Assembly: GCA_002784045.1 (NCBI GenBank) | Contig: PFJX01000113.1 | Span: 2,619-66,618, forward strand | Origin: Hydrogenophilales bacterium CG_4_10_14_3_um_filter_63_21 | GTDB lineage: Bacteria; Pseudomonadota; Gammaproteobacteria; Burkholderiales; Thiobacillaceae | Reading direction: 5' to 3' | Length of the DNA: 64,000 nucleotides | Shown: positions 28,109 to 37,982 of the stretch, piece after piece | Layout: the number at the start of each line of letters is the position of its first letter | How positions within the stretch are numbered: position 1 is the first letter of the stretch | Made by a program: the position numbers and the translations under genes | Notes under the pieces: model-generated | What the model was told of the DNA's origin: nothing | Databases searched by the model: none | Seen by the model: only the letters and a program-made list of their open reading frames with translations

Positions 28109-28167
28109 GGCAATCTCCTAGAGGTAATGGGACAACTTGGACAATCGGCTTGGGTAGAACGATCTGT

Positions 28168-28263
28168 GCCTATCCGGTTGTCGCAGACAAAACGCTACAG
28201 CTAGGGGCTTTGCTACGCATGTCGCCACTATGGGCAGTGTCCTTCTGTGCTAACCGGATAGGC
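28168..28263. promoter_or_regulatory. 12-bp perfect inverted repeat gcctatccggtt ... aaccggataggc enclosing 72 nt
   Basis: Arms at 28168-28179 and 28252-28263. They are flanked by mirror-ordered gggtag and aacgatc words. The element lies upstream of the Met-rich protein gene on its strand. Confidence 0.35.
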
Positions 28264-28393
28264 ATGGAACGATCGGGTAGCAGGAGAGTATCAACATATG
28301 CTGATGTACTCCATGCGCTCATGACTCTGCCTTATCAGTGGCGCTCGATTGTTGTATTTTCGACACATCTGACGGATCCCTATAATCGGTTCC

Positions 28394-28840
28394 ATGATGA
28401 AGCAATCCGCCGCCCTCGGGGCCGCCGGCTGGGATAGGCCGGAATGGGCCGACGCCTTCTATCCCTCGGACATGCCGCAAGAATGGCGTCTGACTTTTTA
28501 CAACACCCAATTTGATTGCGTTTTTCTGGCCGCATCGTCTTGGCGGCAGGCCGGCGCGGCAGCCTATGAGGCATGGGCCGCGGATACCCATGAACAGTTT
28601 GTGTTTCTTCTGGAAGGTGCCCACTCGGAAGCGTTGCCCGAGGTGTTGGCGGGGCGGGCGCTGGGGGTTGGTCGGGAGGATTCGCGGCTATTCTGGTTCG
28701 ACCGGGATACCTCACTCAAAACCCTCGCCGAGCGGCTCGCACAGCCCGCAAGCGGGGCGCCACTTTACCTGCTCAGCCGCGACGGCGACCTGGGGCAGAT
28801 CGAGCGGGTACGCACCTTGCTGGAGTTGATGGGGCTTTGA
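28394..28840 (+). CDS. Hypothetical protein, weak DUF72-like N-terminus
   Basis: 148 aa. GWDRPEWADAFYPSDMPQEWRLTFYNTQFDCVFL recalls the DUF72 N-terminal motif but the protein is much shorter. TATAAT at 28381-28386 ends only 7 nt before the ATG, so the transcript may be leaderless. Confidence 0.4.
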   Translation: MMKQSAALGAAGWDRPEWADAFYPSDMPQEWRLTFYNTQFDCVFLAASSWRQAGAAAYEAWAADTHEQFVFLLEGAHSEALPEVLAGRALGVGREDSRLFWFDRDTSLKTLAERLAQPASGAPLYLLSRDGDLGQIERVRTLLELMGL

Positions 28841-28917
28841 GCCCTGGGCTCCAGGCCATAGAATGCCGCGCGTTTGTTCCTGATTCGTTGCCAATAAGAA
28901 AGAAAAGCGTTTTCCTT

Positions 28918-29718
28918 GTGTCAGACAATCTCATCGAGATTCGCGATCTATCCTTCGCCTACCGCGAAAGGCTGGTGCTCAAAGGCATCAACCTCACCGC
29001 CAGGCGTGGCCAGGTCATCGCCATCATGGGCATTTCCGGGGGGGGCAAGACCACTCTGCTGCGCCTGATTGGCGGCGCGCTCAAGGCTACTCGTGGCGTG
29101 CTTGAGGTGGATGGGGTCGACATGGCGACTCTGGATCAGGAGGGGTTGTATCAACTGCGTCGGCGCATGGGCATGCTGTTCCAGTTCGGTGCCCTGTTCA
29201 CCGACTTGTCGGTATTCGACAACGTGGCGTTCCCGTTGCGTGAACATACCGATCTGCCGGAAGAAATGATCCGCGATCTGGTGTTGATGAAGCTGAATGC
29301 GGTAGGTCTGCGCGGAGCGGCCGACTTGATGCCATCGGAGCTTTCCGGCGGCATGGCGCGCCGGGTGGCACTGGCGCGCGCAATTGCCCTGGAGCCGCGC
29401 CTGATCCTTTATGACGAGCCGTTCGCCGGACTCGACCCGATTTCCCTGGGGGTCAGCGGCAACCTGATCCGCCGCCTCACCGATACCCTGGGAGTGACTT
29501 CCATCGTCGTGACCCATGACATCCAGGAGTCCCTGCGCATGGTGGATTACGTCTATTTCGTTTCCGCGGGCGTGATCGCGGCGCAAGGGACACCCGATGA
29601 ACTGCGTGCCTCGACCGAACCCTTCGTGCACCAGTTCGTGCATGGCGAGGAAAATGGGCCGGTTCCCTTCCACTACCCGGCGCCCCCTTATGCTGATGAA
29701 CTGGAACTCGCCACATGA
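28918..29718 (+). CDS. mlaF: Phospholipid ABC transporter ATP-binding protein MlaF
   Basis: ORF 28837..29718 (TTG). GTG 28918 gives VSDNLIEIRDLSFAY..., typical of MlaF. Walker A GISGGGKTT, signature LSGGMARR. Confidence 0.85.
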   Translation: MSDNLIEIRDLSFAYRERLVLKGINLTARRGQVIAIMGISGGGKTTLLRLIGGALKATRGVLEVDGVDMATLDQEGLYQLRRRMGMLFQFGALFTDLSVFDNVAFPLREHTDLPEEMIRDLVLMKLNAVGLRGAADLMPSELSGGMARRVALARAIALEPRLILYDEPFAGLDPISLGVSGNLIRRLTDTLGVTSIVVTHDIQESLRMVDYVYFVSAGVIAAQGTPDELRASTEPFVHQFVHGEENGPVPFHYPAPPYADELELAT

Positions 29719-30506
29719 ATAGTCTGCTCGACAGCCTGCGTGGCATCGGCGCCCGCGTGATCGACGGCATCTGGCGTATGGGGGTGGCGACGCGTTTCTT
29801 CCTGAGGACGCTGCTGCAATCCGGGCAGAGTTTCCGCCGTTTTCATCTGATCATTCGTGAGATCTTCAGCGCGGGTGTTCTTTCTCTGATCATCATCCTG
29901 GTGTCCGGCCTGTTCGTCGGCATGGTGCTGGGCCTGCAAGGCTATGAAACATTGCAGACCTACGGCTCCGAGGAAGCCCTGGGTACCCTGGTCGCACTCT
30001 CCCTGGTGCGCGAACTGGGGCCGGTGCTTGCCGCATTGCTGTTCGCCAGCCGCGCCGGTTCGTCAATTACCGCCGAGATCGGCCTGATGAAGGCGACCGA
30101 GCAACTGGCGGCGATGGAGATGATGGCGGTGGACCCGATCGCTCGCGTGGTGGCGCCACGTTTCTGGGGCGCGGTGATTTCCATGCCGATCCTGGCCGCC
30201 CTGTTCTCGGCGATGGGCATCCTGGGTGGCTATCTGGTTGGTGTGGTGCTGATCGGTGTCGACGAAGGTTCGTTCTGGTCGCAGATGCAGGCCGCCGTCG
30301 ATTTCCGCGAAGATATTCTCAATGGCGTCATCAAGAGCCTGGTGTTTGGCGTCGCGGTGACCGCCATTGCCCTGTTCGAGGGCTATGACGCGCCGCCGAC
30401 GGCGGAGGGCGTCTCCCGCGCCACCACCCGTACCGTGGTGACTTCTTCCCTGGCCATCCTGGGCCTGGATTTCATCCTGACCGCATTCATGTTCCGTGGA
30501 GTCTGA
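29715..30506 (+). CDS. mlaE: Phospholipid ABC transporter permease MlaE
   Basis: 263 aa, polytopic, with a 4-nt overlap with mlaF. Confidence 0.85.
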   Translation: MNSLLDSLRGIGARVIDGIWRMGVATRFFLRTLLQSGQSFRRFHLIIREIFSAGVLSLIIILVSGLFVGMVLGLQGYETLQTYGSEEALGTLVALSLVRELGPVLAALLFASRAGSSITAEIGLMKATEQLAAMEMMAVDPIARVVAPRFWGAVISMPILAALFSAMGILGGYLVGVVLIGVDEGSFWSQMQAAVDFREDILNGVIKSLVFGVAVTAIALFEGYDAPPTAEGVSRATTRTVVTSSLAILGLDFILTAFMFRGV

Positions 30507-30509
30507 TCC

Positions 30510-30989
30510 ATGCAGCGCGCAACCCTCGACCTCTGGGTCGGCATCTTCGTGGTGGCCGGCATCGCCGCCATCCTGTTTCTTGCCCTCAAGGTGGGCAACA
30601 TGGGCAGTTTCGATAGCGCCTCGACTTATACGGTGAAAGCCTCGTTCGAGAACATCGGTGGACTCAAGGTACGGGCGCCGATCAAGAGTGCCGGCGTGGT
30701 GGTCGGCCGCGTCTCCAACATCGGTTTCGATTCCAAGACCTATGAAGCCACGGTTTCGCTGAAACTGGATACTCGCTACAAATTCCCCAAAGACACCAGC
30801 GCTTCCATCATGACTTCCGGCCTGCTGGGCGAGCAGTACATCGCCCTGGAAGCGGGTGGAGAAGAGAAGATGCTGAGCGATGGCAATACCCTGAAAATTA
30901 CCCAGGGCGCCGTGGTGCTGGAGAATCTGATCGGCCAGTTCCTCTACAACAAATCTGAAGGTGAGGCGAAACCCGCGGCGCCGCGGTGA
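30510..30989 (+). CDS. mlaD: MCE-domain protein MlaD
   Basis: 159 aa. N-terminal TM followed by an MCE fold signature (GGLKVRAPIKSAGVVVGRV). Confidence 0.85.
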   Translation: MQRATLDLWVGIFVVAGIAAILFLALKVGNMGSFDSASTYTVKASFENIGGLKVRAPIKSAGVVVGRVSNIGFDSKTYEATVSLKLDTRYKFPKDTSASIMTSGLLGEQYIALEAGGEEKMLSDGNTLKITQGAVVLENLIGQFLYNKSEGEAKPAAPR

Positions 30990-31122
30990 GGCGCAAATCC
31001 GCCGAGTTTGTGGCTATTTCATCCGAGCAGGCGGCCGCAAACCTTCCAGTAACAACATACGCTTGACCATGCCGGGCTTGCCCCCGCACAGTGAAACCCA
31101 ATTGCATCTATCAGGAAAGATC

Positions 31123-31734
31123 ATGTATCGCTTGTTGAAACACTTCATTTTCATGCTGGCCGCGGGCGCGCTCTCGGCTTCGGCGCAAGCGGCCGAGCTG
31201 AGCCCAGACGTCCTGGCCCGGAATGTCACCAATGACGTCTTGCGCATCGTTCGCCATGACAAAGAGATCGCTAACGGCAACGCCGCCAAGGTCAATATTT
31301 TGGTGGAGCAGAAAATCCTGCCCCTGTTTGATTTCAGGCACATGGCCCAGTTGGCCGTCGCCAAGCATTGGCCCAAGGCAACGCCGGAACAGCAGGAAAG
31401 CCTGACCAACCAGTTTCGCGCCATGTTGGTCCGCACCTACGCGTCGTCCTTGACCAGCGTGGCGGACTACAAGATCGAGTTCAAGCCGTTCCGCGCCTCT
31501 CCCGGGGATAGCGACGTCACCGTCAGTACCGAAGTGAGCAAGCCCGGCGCGCCGCCCATTCCCATTGATTACCGCCTGGAAAAGGCCAGCGACAATGGCT
31601 GGAAAGTGTTCGATGTGATCGTCGATAACGTCAGCCTGGTGACGGTCTACCGTAACTCGTTCAATTCCGAAGTGCGCAAGGGGGGCATCGACGGTCTGAT
31701 CGCCGCCCTCGAACGTCGTAACAAGAAGCCATGA
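31123..31734 (+). CDS. mlaC: Periplasmic phospholipid-binding protein MlaC (Ttg2D family)
   Basis: ORF 30961..31734 trimmed to ATG 31123 (MYRLLKHFIFMLAAGALSASAQA signal peptide). Confidence 0.8.
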   Translation: MYRLLKHFIFMLAAGALSASAQAAELSPDVLARNVTNDVLRIVRHDKEIANGNAAKVNILVEQKILPLFDFRHMAQLAVAKHWPKATPEQQESLTNQFRAMLVRTYASSLTSVADYKIEFKPFRASPGDSDVTVSTEVSKPGAPPIPIDYRLEKASDNGWKVFDVIVDNVSLVTVYRNSFNSEVRKGGIDGLIAALERRNKKP

Positions 31735-31741
31735 GGTTGGC

Positions 31742-32014
31742 ATGATCCATGTGGAAGCCGGCGTCGCGCTGTTCGATGGCGATCTGACCCTGGCCAACGC
31801 CAGCCAGTGGCTGGCCCAGGGAGAAGCGGCTCTGAAACAGGGGACGGCGACTTTCGATCTGGCCAGGCTTGGCCATCTCGACTCTTCCGCCCTCAGTCTG
31901 CTGTTGTCCTTGCGCCGCCGTGCCGAAGCGTCGGGAAGCGCCATCGAATTCCGCAATATTCCGGAAAGCCTTGCCAGCCTCGCCAAGTTGTACGGCGTCG
32001 CGGAGCAGATTTAA
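31742..32014 (+). CDS. mlaB: STAS-domain protein MlaB
   Basis: 90 aa with a LDSSALSLLLSLRR STAS-like core, in the position after mlaC. Confidence 0.7.
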   Translation: MIHVEAGVALFDGDLTLANASQWLAQGEAALKQGTATFDLARLGHLDSSALSLLLSLRRRAEASGSAIEFRNIPESLASLAKLYGVAEQI

Positions 32015-32027
32015 CTCCCCTGTTTTC

Positions 32028-32933
32028 ATGACAACCGCTGTCCGCCTGCGCGGCGTGGAAAAGCACTTTCCGCATGTGCATGCCCTGCGCGGCATCGACC
32101 TCGACATCGAGCAAGGCGAGTTCTTCGCCCTGCTGGGCCCCAACGGCGCCGGCAAGACCACCCTCATCAGCATCCTCGCCGGGCTTACCCGCGCAACCAA
32201 AGGGGTGGTGGAAATCATGGGTTTCGACGTGACCCGCCAGTACCGTGAGGCGCGTCGCGCGCTTGGCGTGGTGCCGCAGGAACTGGTGTACGACCCCTTT
32301 TTCACCGTGCGCGAAACATTGCGCCTTCAGTCCGGCTATTTCGGGCTACGCCGCAACGATGCCTGGATCGACGAGTTGCTGGATAACCTGGGGCTCGCCG
32401 ACAAGGCGGATACCTATACCCGCCGCCTCTCCGGTGGCATGAAACGGCGGGTGCTGGTGGCGCAGGCGCTGGTGCACAAGCCGCCGGTGATCGTTCTCGA
32501 TGAGCCTACCGCCGGTGTCGATGTGGAGCTGCGGCAATCGCTGTGGGCTTTCATCCGCCGTTTCAATCGCGAGGGCCATACCATCGTCCTCACCACGCAC
32601 TACCTGGAAGAAGCCGAGGCCCTGTGCCAGCGGGTGGCCATGCTCAAGGAAGGCCGCATTGTCGCGCTGGATCGCACCGAGAACCTGTTGCGCGCGGGGG
32701 CCGAGCGGCATTTGCTGCTGGAACTCGATCCCCCCGAACTGCCGGCTTTCCTGCAATCTCGCCTGAAGGGCCGGGAAGGGCAACACTTCGTGCTTGACCT
32801 GCCTGACTATGGCGATCTTGAAGCCATCCTCGCCAACCTGCGCGCGGCAGGCATCGCTATCCGTGGCATGAGCCTGGCGCAGGCCGATCTGGAAGAGGTG
32901 TTTCTGAAGATCATGCATGGGGGAGCGTCGTGA
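32028..32933 (+). CDS. ABC-2 type transporter ATP-binding protein (YadG-like)
   Basis: ORF 31869..32933 trimmed to ATG 32028 (MTTAVRLRGVEKHF...). Walker A GPNGAGKTT, signature LSGGMKRR. Confidence 0.8.
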   Translation: MTTAVRLRGVEKHFPHVHALRGIDLDIEQGEFFALLGPNGAGKTTLISILAGLTRATKGVVEIMGFDVTRQYREARRALGVVPQELVYDPFFTVRETLRLQSGYFGLRRNDAWIDELLDNLGLADKADTYTRRLSGGMKRRVLVAQALVHKPPVIVLDEPTAGVDVELRQSLWAFIRRFNREGHTIVLTTHYLEEAEALCQRVAMLKEGRIVALDRTENLLRAGAERHLLLELDPPELPAFLQSRLKGREGQHFVLDLPDYGDLEAILANLRAAGIAIRGMSLAQADLEEVFLKIMHGGAS

Positions 32934-32940
32934 ACCACCG

Positions 32941-33030
32941 CCGTCATTCCCGCGCAGGCGAGAATCCAGGTCGTAGGTCTGATTGCAGTTTGATGAACGA
33001 ACTGGATTCCCGCGTTCGCGGGAATGACGG
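32941..33030. repeat. Inverted pair of dRS3-like units (ATTCCC-N8-GGGAAT type)
   Basis: ccgtcattcccgcgcaggcgagaatccag (32941-32969) and ctggattcccgcgttcgcgggaatgacgg (33002-33030). They lie between the ATPase and permease genes of the ABC-2 pair. Confidence 0.75.
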
Positions 33031-33045
33031 CCGAGGTGACACGAA

Positions 33046-33804
33046 ATGAGCGGCGGCTTTCGCACCCTGTTGTACAAGGAAATCCTGCGCTTCTGGAAGG
33101 TGCTGGTGCAGACCGTGGGGGCGCCGGTGCTCACCGCCTTGCTGTATCTGCTGGTTTTTTCGCATGTGTTGTCCGAGCACGTGCAGGTCTATCCCGGCGT
33201 GCGCTACACCGCGTTTCTGATGCCCGGCCTGATCATGATGTCAATCCTGCAGAACGCTTTCGCCAACAGTTCTTCATCGCTGATCCAGTCCAAGATCACC
33301 GGCAACATCGTTTTTGTCCTGCTGCCGCCACTGTCCTATCTGGAGTTTTTCCTCGCCTACCTGATCGCGGCGCTGGTGCGCGGTTTCGCCGTGGGGGTGG
33401 GGGTGCTGCTGGTTGGTCTGTTTTTTGCCGACATCGAAATGCGCTACCCGCTCTGGATATTGGCTTTCGCGCTGGCATCCGGCGCCGTTTTCGCCTGCAT
33501 CGGCATCCTGGCGGGCATTTGGGCGAACCAGTTCGATAATCTCGCCGCCGTGCAGAACTTCATCATCATGCCGCTCACCTTTCTCTCCGGCGTGTTCTTT
33601 TCCATCCATTCCCTGTCGCCATTCTGGCAAAGCGTCACCCACCTCAATCCGGTTTTCTACATGATCGACGGCTTCCGCTATGGCTTCTTCGGCCAGGGCG
33701 ATGTCGACCCTTGGCTGGGGCTGGCGGTGGTCACGCCCTTCGTCCTGCTGCTTTCCGGCCTGACTTTGGTGATGCTGAAGTCCGGCTATAAACTTCGCCA
33801 TTGA
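33046..33804 (+). CDS. ABC-2 type transporter permease (YadH-like)
   Basis: 252 aa, six predicted TM segments, adjacent to the ATPase. Confidence 0.8.
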   Translation: MSGGFRTLLYKEILRFWKVLVQTVGAPVLTALLYLLVFSHVLSEHVQVYPGVRYTAFLMPGLIMMSILQNAFANSSSSLIQSKITGNIVFVLLPPLSYLEFFLAYLIAALVRGFAVGVGVLLVGLFFADIEMRYPLWILAFALASGAVFACIGILAGIWANQFDNLAAVQNFIIMPLTFLSGVFFSIHSLSPFWQSVTHLNPVFYMIDGFRYGFFGQGDVDPWLGLAVVTPFVLLLSGLTLVMLKSGYKLRH

Positions 33805-33823
33805 TTTTTATCAGGATATTCAA

Positions 33824-35345
<1,522 letters not shown>

Positions 35346-35357
35346 TTTGCCATTTCC

Positions 35358-35372
35358 GTAATCATGTATTAC
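35358..35372. promoter_or_regulatory. Inverted repeat GTAAT-N5-ATTAC upstream of the vapB-like gene
   Basis: Read directly in the AT-rich 60-nt gap between murA and the antitoxin gene. It is a candidate antitoxin operator. Confidence 0.35.
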
Positions 35373-35405
35373 CGTTAATACAAATTCGTTGCCAAGGAGC
35401 CGATC

Positions 35406-35663
35406 ATGGCCACCAGCGTCCGTCTACCCAACCGCGTCGAACAGGCGCTGGCCGCTTATTGCGTGGAAACCCAACGCAGCAAGTCGGAAGTCATCATCGA
35501 ACTGCTAGAGCAGCGTTTCAGCCTCGCCGAATCGGAAGCCACGCCTTATGAACGCGCCGAGGCGGCGGGGTTTATCGGTTGTGTCGAAGGTGCTGAGCCG
35601 GTTTCGGGTGGCTACAAGAAACGTGCTCAATCCGCGATTGCCGCCAAACACGGCCGCGCATGA
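35406..35663 (+). CDS. Ribbon-helix-helix antitoxin (VapB-like)
   Basis: 85 aa. MATSVRLPNRVEQALAAYCVETQRSKSEVIIELLEQRF has an RHH pattern. 4-nt overlap with the PIN gene. Confidence 0.7.
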   Translation: MATSVRLPNRVEQALAAYCVETQRSKSEVIIELLEQRFSLAESEATPYERAEAAGFIGCVEGAEPVSGGYKKRAQSAIAAKHGRA

Positions 35664-36070
35664 CCACCATCCTGGTGGATACCGGCCCCTTGGTGGCCTT
35701 GTCCGACAAGCGCGACAAGTTTCACGAAGCCAGCAAGACTTTCCTGAAGAACTATCGCGGCCGCCTGCTCACCACCTGGGCGGTGCTGACCGAGTTCTCC
35801 CATCTGGCGCCCTCGGTCGCGGCCACGCTGCCGCTGTATCGCTGGATCGACAACGGGGGATTGGAAGTTTTTCCCCTCGGGCGCGATGAACTCGTGCGCG
35901 CGGTGGACTGGATCGAGCGCTATGCCGATCAACCAATGGACCTGGCCGACGCCTCGCTGGTGGTTGCCGCGCTTGCCACCGGCCACACCCAGATCTGGAC
36001 GCTGGACCGCCTCGACTTCGAGACCTATCGGTTGCCCAGCCGCAAGCGCTTCAAGCTGGTTGGCCAGTAG
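35660..36070 (+). CDS. vapC: PIN-domain toxin (VapC-like)
   Basis: 136 aa. ILVDTGPLVAL (first acidic residue) ... TEFSHL ... DLADASLVV ... WTLDRLDF is a typical PIN acidic-residue pattern. Confidence 0.75.
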   Translation: MTTILVDTGPLVALSDKRDKFHEASKTFLKNYRGRLLTTWAVLTEFSHLAPSVAATLPLYRWIDNGGLEVFPLGRDELVRAVDWIERYADQPMDLADASLVVAALATGHTQIWTLDRLDFETYRLPSRKRFKLVGQ

Positions 36071-36072
36071 CA

Positions 36073-36096
36073 CCGGCATCTCTGCCGGCGTTTTTT
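36073..36096 (+). terminator. Rho-independent terminator after vapC
   Basis: ccggca-tctc-tgccgg followed by cg and TTTTTT. Confidence 0.7.
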
Positions 36097-36135
36097 GGCC
36101 TATACAGACGAGCCGGCAGGATGCCGGCGCTACGC

Positions 36136-37566
36136 TTACCCCACCAATTTTTGATACAGCGCTTCATATTCCCTCGCGCTTTTCTCCCAACTGAAATCGC
36201 GCTTCATCCCGGCGCGCATCATGCGTTGCCACGCCTTCGCGTCGGTGTAAGTGTGCAAGGCACGCTCGATGGCCAGCCAGAGGGCGTGCGGCGTGGGTTC
36301 GTGGAAGACGAAACCGGTGACGCCGTCTTCCACCGTGTCTTGCAGGCCGCCGGTGGCGTGGACGATGGGCACCGTACCGTAGCGCAGGCTGTAGAGCTGA
36401 TTGAGGCCGCAAGGCTCGAAGCGGGAGGGCATCAGGAAGAGGTCGGAGCCGGCCTCGATGCGGTGCGACAGCCCTTCGTCATAGCCGATCACCGCCGCGA
36501 CCCGGCCTGGATGCTGTGCGCAGAGATCGCGGAAAGCCACTTCCAGTGCCTTCTCGCCGGTACCCAGCAAGGCGATCTGGCCGCCCCGGTGCAGGATGCC
36601 GTCGGCCACCGCAAGGATCAGGTCGAGGCCTTTCTGCTGCGCCAGGCGGGCGATGATCCCGAACAGCGGGGTGTCGTGGCTGGGCTCCAGGTTGAGATCC
36701 TGTTGCAGTTTGAGCTTGCAGTGCTTCTTGCCTATGAGCGCGCGCGAGGAAAACTTGCACGGCAGGTGGTGATCGGATGAGGGATTCCATTCGCCGCTGT
36801 CGATGCCGTTGAGGATGCCGACGAGGTCATCGCCGCGCGCGGCCAGCAGCCCCTGCATACCCATGCCCAGCGCGGGCTGGCGGATTTCCTCGGCATAGGT
36901 CGGCGAGACCGTGGTGAGGCGATCGGCGTAGTAAAGACCGGCCTTGAGGAAGGATAGGTTGCCGTAATACTCGACGCCTTCGACCGCGAAACTTTCCGGC
37001 GGCAGCCCCACCGTGATCAGGTCGGCGGGTGGGAAGATGCCCTGATAAGCCAGGTTGTGCACGGTCATGACGGTTGCCGTCGTTTCCCCGGCAAGGCGCA
37101 AATAAGCCGGGGCCAGGCCGGTTTGCCAGTCGTTGCAATGCAGAATGTCCGGGCGCCAGGCTAACGGCGCATTTTTGGAAAACTCGCTTGATGCGAGGAG
37201 GGCGGCGGCTTTGGAGAACACCGCGAAACGCAGGGCATTGTCGGGGTGGTCATGGCCGGCCACGTCTTGGTACGGTCCGCCCTCCCGCTGGAACAATTCG
37301 GGGGCATCGAGGATATAGAGCGGCACGCCGTTGTCGGGCATGGCGGCTTCCAGCAGGGTGGCCACCCTGCCGCCCGGCAGTTCATTCAGGGTGCACACGG
37401 GTTTCACGGCGTCGACCCCGGCCAGTACGGCCGGGTAACCGGGGAGCAATAGACGGCAGTCAAGGCCGATCGCGCGCAAGGCGACGGGGAGCGCGCCGGA
37501 AACATCGGCCAGCCCACCGGTCTTGATCAACGGTCTGGCTTCGGAAGTGGCGTACAGAATACGCAT
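36136..37566 (-). CDS. glgA: Glycogen synthase
   Basis: ORF 36136..37857 trimmed to ATG 37566 (MRILYATSEARPLIKTGGLADVSGALP...). Confidence 0.92.
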   Translation of the reverse strand: MRILYATSEARPLIKTGGLADVSGALPVALRAIGLDCRLLLPGYPAVLAGVDAVKPVCTLNELPGGRVATLLEAAMPDNGVPLYILDAPELFQREGGPYQDVAGHDHPDNALRFAVFSKAAALLASSEFSKNAPLAWRPDILHCNDWQTGLAPAYLRLAGETTATVMTVHNLAYQGIFPPADLITVGLPPESFAVEGVEYYGNLSFLKAGLYYADRLTTVSPTYAEEIRQPALGMGMQGLLAARGDDLVGILNGIDSGEWNPSSDHHLPCKFSSRALIGKKHCKLKLQQDLNLEPSHDTPLFGIIARLAQQKGLDLILAVADGILHRGGQIALLGTGEKALEVAFRDLCAQHPGRVAAVIGYDEGLSHRIEAGSDLFLMPSRFEPCGLNQLYSLRYGTVPIVHATGGLQDTVEDGVTGFVFHEPTPHALWLAIERALHTYTDAKAWQRMMRAGMKRDFSWEKSAREYEALYQKLVG

Positions 37567-37917
37567 GGAAAGTCCTTGAGTAGGAGGCCCGCTTGCGCGC
37601 CGAACTGCCACGCCCGCGCACGTTATGAAAGAAGTAATCGGGTATCCCGGTAACCCTACCGGAAACCCGTGTCCGCTTGAAGCGACCACAGCGATTGGCC
37701 GCAAACAAAAAGGATGGTTACGCGCGGCAACACCCGTCATGCCGAAATAGCGAGAGGACAGGTTGACGAAACCAGAGCGAAAGTGTTCATCCGGGATTAT
37801 TTCGCGGGGGACGTGCCGAGCTCGCCACCATCGGCCCAGCCGAGGCCACCGCCACAAGTTGTGTTTTTATGTCCTCTCTGCGCGATAGGTATCGCGGCTA
37901 TTGGCGGGGAGGGGGCG

Positions 37918-37949
37918 AAAAAAAGCCCCGCCGCGGAAGCCGGCGGGGC
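37918..37949 (-). terminator. Rho-independent terminator of the porin gene
   Basis: The minus strand reads gccccgccg-gcttccg-cggcggggc followed by TTTTTTT, about 35 nt after the stop at 37983. Confidence 0.8.
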
Positions 37950-37982
37950 AAGTCACCCTGATAGGTCTGATTGGGCGGATGG

